Below are positions 61,633 through 64,000 of a stretch of 64,000 nucleotides of DNA, piece after piece. Under the pieces are notes generated by a model. That model was not told the DNA's origin, searched no databases, and saw nothing but the letters and a program-made list of their open reading frames with translations. Each line of letters opens with the position of its first letter. Positions within the stretch are counted from its first letter, which is position 1. This DNA is from Antedon mediterranea (Eukaryota > Animalia > Echinodermata). The stretch spans positions 6,386,001 to 6,450,000 of the forward strand of contig NC_092674.1 in NCBI RefSeq assembly GCF_964355755.1, read 5' to 3'. A program made the position numbers and the translations under genes.

Positions 61633-64000
61633 TAAGGTAATGAACGACACCCACAACAGTGACCATTCAAGAAAAAGAGTAAGGGGCTTATCTGCTGATC
61701 ATGCTTTCCTCATTTCCAGTAGCAGTAGCTATGAGGACGTGTGATTATATTATAATTAATATATAATAAATAGCCCTATAAAAATAATAATTATTAATAA
61801 AACAAGAAAATGTTAATTTTTTTACAATTATTAGTTAGGCCTACACAAATGAATCAATAATTTGGTGAATAAATGGTAACTTATTAAATCACTATCTATA
61901 CCGTAAGTAATGAATCGTTCAAGTAGGCCTAGTAGCTAGCCTAGGCCCGTCATTGTCATGTCTCCGCACAAGGAAACCATCCGGTCCTCGCACGCCGGTT
62001 GCGGGGTGGTACGAACCGTGCGCGATAAGACGAACTAGGCTAGGCCTAATTTGTGTACAGGGCCTAACTACTACTCTACTAAACTTGCATGCCATTAGCC
62101 CTAGCCTGAACTGTGTCGCTAACTTTTGATATATCATTATCAGTTTATATAATTCCTTACAGCCTGTCTTACCCGCAAAATGATAAAACTATTGAATAAA
62201 TTGCGATAACAAATTTAAAGCATGGACAGTGTTTTGCTACTTGATGCCACCAGGTGTGATGATGTAATCAACCCACGTGGTCAAAAATTATAGAGGGCGT
62301 TTAATACAATCATCTTATGAATATTTTATAACTCTATGAATATGCAAATGACTTTTTATTTTCAACTAATTTTGCAGAGCCGCTCAGTATACTGTTAATT
62401 TGTGGATAAATTTTATCGTTAAATTTGAGACGTTCCACAAGAAATCAATCAGGGAAGAGTCACTCTTTCAAGAAATAACATTTTGTCACTGCTAGTATTA
62501 GACGACTAAAGAAAAAAAAAGGTGATTATATCTTTTCATTTTCAATAATATATTTATTTATATCCTTGATTTACACAATATATTTGATATACTTAATCTT
62601 GTCATATATAACATGATAAAATTAAAATGTTATTATTTTTTTCAAATTTATACAATTTGTTTGTTTTTAGTAATTTATATAAATTTATGAAATTAAAAAT
62701 ACATATTTTCATACAAATCTCTATGATATTATAAAAGTGCATAAGTATTGGAAATTACACAAGTATTTATATTTTATTCCAAACATACAATTCTATTATT
62801 CAATCTATACCTACTTTATTCAATATCTAAAAATAGATTTATCAATCATGAGGCAAAACTCTCCCTTAGCAGAAATGGTCCACATGCCTGTCCAGAGTGT
62901 CAGCCCATAAAACACACAATTGTAATTTGATTATATTAACTGCCCATTAAATACAACCCAAGGGTACTATTAGGTCATTTACAACAAGGTCACCTGGACA
63001 ACTCATGAAAATTCCTACATGGTTTTCAGCAATTTCTGTAGTGAAGTGTCTGTCACACTCCAGCTGGCCTCTCATGTGTGTCAAGATAAAGAATCAGAAC
63101 TCGTAAATTGTTTAAAACAGACCAAGATTTATTACCCGGATTTTTTCAAAAACCCGGGTGAAATGGACTGATTCTGATAAGGGAGAGAAATGCCTAATGT
63201 GATTTTAAAATAAGATTATTGGATAGAAGATGTAGAGTTTTACACTTAAAAAAAAGACGAGGTAAGCGCCTTATGCTGGCTACGGCCCTGATTGTAGTAA
63301 TTAATACTAACTGGATAACACAAACATCAGCTTTCTAAAACAACAGGTTCTGTGTCTATACTCATCCAGCCCTGCATTCTATTAATAGCCGCCTCTCCAA
63401 GAACACTTTTTAAACTTGCGTTCACACAACCAAAGATACCACCTACAAATCAATGCACAATGCAGTTTATAATCATTTCTTAAAGGTATGTTCAGTTAAA
63501 AAATTATGAAACATAGGGGAAACTATAAAGGCCCGCACCTGACCTTTAACATCGTACAATCATCTTATGAATATTATAACTCTATGAATATGTGTGTTCA
63601 GACTCACAGCATTAAGGTAGGATTATGTATGCAGCATACATATTTTTGTTTCTGAACTACATAGGTCTGTTCAGACAGCTATATAGCCTGTTTACACTAT
63701 CAACCTTTATGTTAAAAAAAAATTTGATGTGCCTATATGAACACGATGACATCATATCACTACCATATTTGGGCATATCACTACTTATACTTGTGCACAT
63801 CAAACTTTTTTTTTACAAACTAGTTTGATAGGGTAAGACAGAGCTTTAGTCATCCATTCATAACTGTAGTAAAAGAGGGCAGCTTTATAAGGTAATGACC
63901 TTCACACTATTAACGCCACCGTAGTTCTTGGGCTAATAAACCTAACACTGTGAGTCTGAACATACCCTATAAAAATTAACTCGCAATATCAGGTAATTAA

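Overview
AT-rich, intron-containing animal genomic DNA. Gene content, Deu/Nin-type SINEs and frequent TAGGCCTA suggest an invertebrate deuterostome such as an echinoderm (inference). I assembled six protein-coding genes by hand from GT-AG junctions and frame continuity. They are a C2H2 zinc-finger gene with one coding exon (+), an uncharacterised 314-aa six-exon gene (-) head-to-head with EXOC1/Sec3 (+, 21-22 coding exons including 27-, 21- and 18-nt microexons), a catalytically dead neuroligin-like cholinesterase-fold membrane protein (-), a UDP-glycosyltransferase (+) and a folate-receptor-family gene (-). Introns and spacers hold Harbinger-type and other MITEs, tRNA- and 5S-derived SINEs, LINE 3' ends, a solo LTR, Helitron-like remnants and several palindromic tandem repeats. 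There is no CRISPR array or prokaryotic system, and I cannot support a claim of a wholly new biological system. The best leads are the EXOC1 microexon cluster with its ACTAAY motif cluster, a structurally intact 5S-derived SINE, tail-swapped Deu-SINEs, the pseudo-esterase, the unnamed gene, and an apparent CpG/TAGGCCTA domain boundary. All coordinates were read by eye.
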